This document shows, in pieces, positions 35,490 to 37,315 of a DNA stretch of 37,315 nucleotides. The notes beneath the pieces were generated by a model, which did not search any database, was not told the DNA's origin, and saw only the letters and a program-made list of their open reading frames with translations. Positions within the stretch are counted from its first letter, which is position 1; each line of letters begins with the position of its first letter. Position numbers and translations under genes: made by a program. This stretch comes from Candidatus Eiseniibacteriota bacterium (GTDB lineage Bacteria > Eisenbacteria > RBG-16-71-46 > JABDJR01 > JAWXBZ01), in the NCBI GenBank assembly GCA_034440375.1, contig JAWXBZ010000205.1, positions 1-37,315 on the forward strand. Direction: 5' to 3'.

Positions 35490-36973
35490 ACTCACCCTTG
35501 GTGATGGCCATTGACCAGGGCACCACCGGCACGACGGTGCTCCTCATCAATCGAAAGGGCGCCATTGAAGCGCGCGGCTACGCGGAGATTCCGCAGCACT
35601 ACCCGCGCCCCGGTCGGGTCGAGCACGACGGTGATGAAATCTGGAGGAGTGTCCTTCGGGCCGCCCGCCAGGCATTGAGCCGGGGTGCATTCCTGTCGAA
35701 ACGTATCGCCGCTGTCGGCATCACGAACCAGCGAGAAACGTCAATCCTCTGGAATCGCAAGACCGGCCGACCTGTTGGTCCCGCCATCGTCTGGCAAGAT
35801 CGGCGTACGGCCGAGCGCTGCGCCGAACTCCGTCGCGCCGGCCAGGAACGATTCATCAGGAAATCAACCGGCCTGGTGCTCGATCCCTACTTCTCGGCCA
35901 CCAAGCTCGAATGGATGTTCCGACATCAGAAACCCTGGCGACGTGCCGCCGCCCGCGGTGATCTCGTGGCCGGTACCATCGATACGTGGTTACTCTGGAA
36001 ACTGACCGGCGGCGCGGTGCATGCCACCGATCCAACCAACGCGAGCCGCACGATGCTCTACGACATTCACCGGCTGGCCTGGAGTCCGAAACTTCTTGAC
36101 CTGTTCGATGTGCCCGACGCCTGTCTGCCCGAAGTGCGCCCATCGAGCGGCGAGTTCGGTACGACAATGGGCGCGGCGCCTATTCCGGACGGCATCCCGA
36201 TCAGCGGCATGGCCGGTGATCAGCAGGCCGCCCTGTTCGGTCAGGGGTGCGTGAAGCCCGGCCAGGTCAAGAACACCTACGGCACCGGCGCTTTCGTGCT
36301 GGTACACCTCGGCAACAAGCCGCGCGAATCCAGACACGGCCTCCTGACGACGGTGGCCTGCGGTCCACGCGGCGAACCGGCCTGGGCCTTGGAGGGAAGT
36401 GTCTTCATCGCCGGCGCCGCCGTTCAATGGCTGCGCGACGGTCTCGGTTTCATTCGGAATTCGGCCGACATTGAAACTCTTGCCGCCACCGTGCCCGATG
36501 CCGGCGGCGTCACTGTCATTCCGGCGTTTACCGGCCTCGGCGCTCCCTGGTGGCGCGCCGACGCCCGAGGCGCCATCTTCGGCATCACCCGCGGCACCAC
36601 GCGTGCCCACCTGGCCCGTGCCGTCCTTGAATCCATCGCCCAGCAGTCGGCCGATGTTGTCCAGGTCATGCAGCAGGACACCGGTCATCGCATTGCCGCG
36701 TTGCGTGTTGATGGCGGCGCCACGGCCAACAATCTGTTGATGCAGTTTCAGGCGGACCTTCTGGGGATACCGATTCAGCGGCCCAGGATGATCGAGACAA
36801 CGGCGCTCGGGGCGGGGCTCCTGGCCGGGATGGCGGCGGGGATATGGGCCTCGCCGAAGGAGGCGGACTCTGCCCGCGCCATCGACACGACATTCAAGCC
36901 AGAGCGAAGTTCAGCCTGGCGACGGCAGCAGCGCGACGAGTGGGGGCGTGCCGTTGCGCGCCTGCTGGCATGA
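35486..36973 (+). CDS. glpK: Glycerol kinase
   Basis: AIDQGTTGT, GITNQRET, IVWQDRRT, DPYFSATK, AGDQQAALFG, KNTYGTG and RVDGGAT; ATGA overlap with glpD. Confidence 0.97.
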   Translation: MNSPLVMAIDQGTTGTTVLLINRKGAIEARGYAEIPQHYPRPGRVEHDGDEIWRSVLRAARQALSRGAFLSKRIAAVGITNQRETSILWNRKTGRPVGPAIVWQDRRTAERCAELRRAGQERFIRKSTGLVLDPYFSATKLEWMFRHQKPWRRAAARGDLVAGTIDTWLLWKLTGGAVHATDPTNASRTMLYDIHRLAWSPKLLDLFDVPDACLPEVRPSSGEFGTTMGAAPIPDGIPISGMAGDQQAALFGQGCVKPGQVKNTYGTGAFVLVHLGNKPRESRHGLLTTVACGPRGEPAWALEGSVFIAGAAVQWLRDGLGFIRNSADIETLAATVPDAGGVTVIPAFTGLGAPWWRADARGAIFGITRGTTRAHLARAVLESIAQQSADVVQVMQQDTGHRIAALRVDGGATANNLLMQFQADLLGIPIQRPRMIETTALGAGLLAGMAAGIWASPKEADSARAIDTTFKPERSSAWRRQQRDEWGRAVARLLA

Positions 36974-37112
36974 GTCGAGTGGATGAACCAGATCAACCGG
37001 AGAGGTGACTGATGGCAGATCTCGAGGTCATTCTCAAACGCTCGGACATGCCAATGCATCGTCAATCCGGCGAACGAGTTCCGGCCAGCTTCAACAGGCG
37101 GAGACGGTGGAG

Positions 37113-37315
37113 ATGATCTCGCACTCAGGGCTGTTTCGATCGAAGGCACACTGGAGACGTGAGGAAAAAGCCCTTCGTCTGGCGGGGTTGATCCTGCTGA
37201 TGATTCCCGCAGCTCTTCAACTGGAGTTGCGCCACGCCGCCGCCGCCAACGACTCCACCACCGTCGTCCTCCTCGGTACCGGCACCCCACGCCCCAATCC
37301 CGAGCGGGCCGGCCC
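37113..37315 (+). CDS. Secreted MBL-fold metallo-hydrolase (RNase Z/arylsulfatase-like), partial
   Basis: Translated by hand: ...ALRLAGLILLMIPAALQLELRHAAAANDSTTVVLLGTGTPRPNPERAG; LLGTGTP is the typical first strand. Runs off the window; start uncertain. Confidence 0.7.
   Translation, partial: MISHSGLFRSKAHWRREEKALRLAGLILLMIPAALQLELRHAAAANDSTTVVLLGTGTPRPNPERAG

Overview
GC-rich bacterial chromosome segment with about 33 genes. Its secreted proteins carry FlgD/T9SS-like C-terminal domains, and one peptide ends in a TWxxIK motif. By recalled resemblance only, this suggests Candidatus Eisenbacteria/Krumholzibacteriota/Latescibacterota. Housekeeping content: group II PLP decarboxylase (partial), Tat amidase, family-5 UDG, tdk, CoA-transferase III, yjbQ, M50 protease, Fpg, HAD-IG nucleotidase, tdh, a lipB-E1a-E1b-E2-lipA 2-oxoacid dehydrogenase cluster, glpDK and a partial MBL hydrolase. 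Most unusual items: (1) a translationally coupled three-gene secreted module made of a 74-aa peptide (signal + Pro/Lys linker + TWSDIK tail), an unknown exported protein, and a transglutaminase-like protein with a rewired catalytic triad and a sorting domain; (2) two small toxin-antitoxin-like pairs flanking lipB, one with a frameshifted gene that the ORF track mistranslates; (3) Fpg with a ~100-aa insertion; (4) a TfoX-like/histone-H1-like fusion; (5) a GAF protein with a degenerate GGDEF but intact I-site; (6) a lower-GC islet ending in a probable IS end; (7) three apparently leaderless genes. No rRNA, tRNA or CRISPR array was seen.
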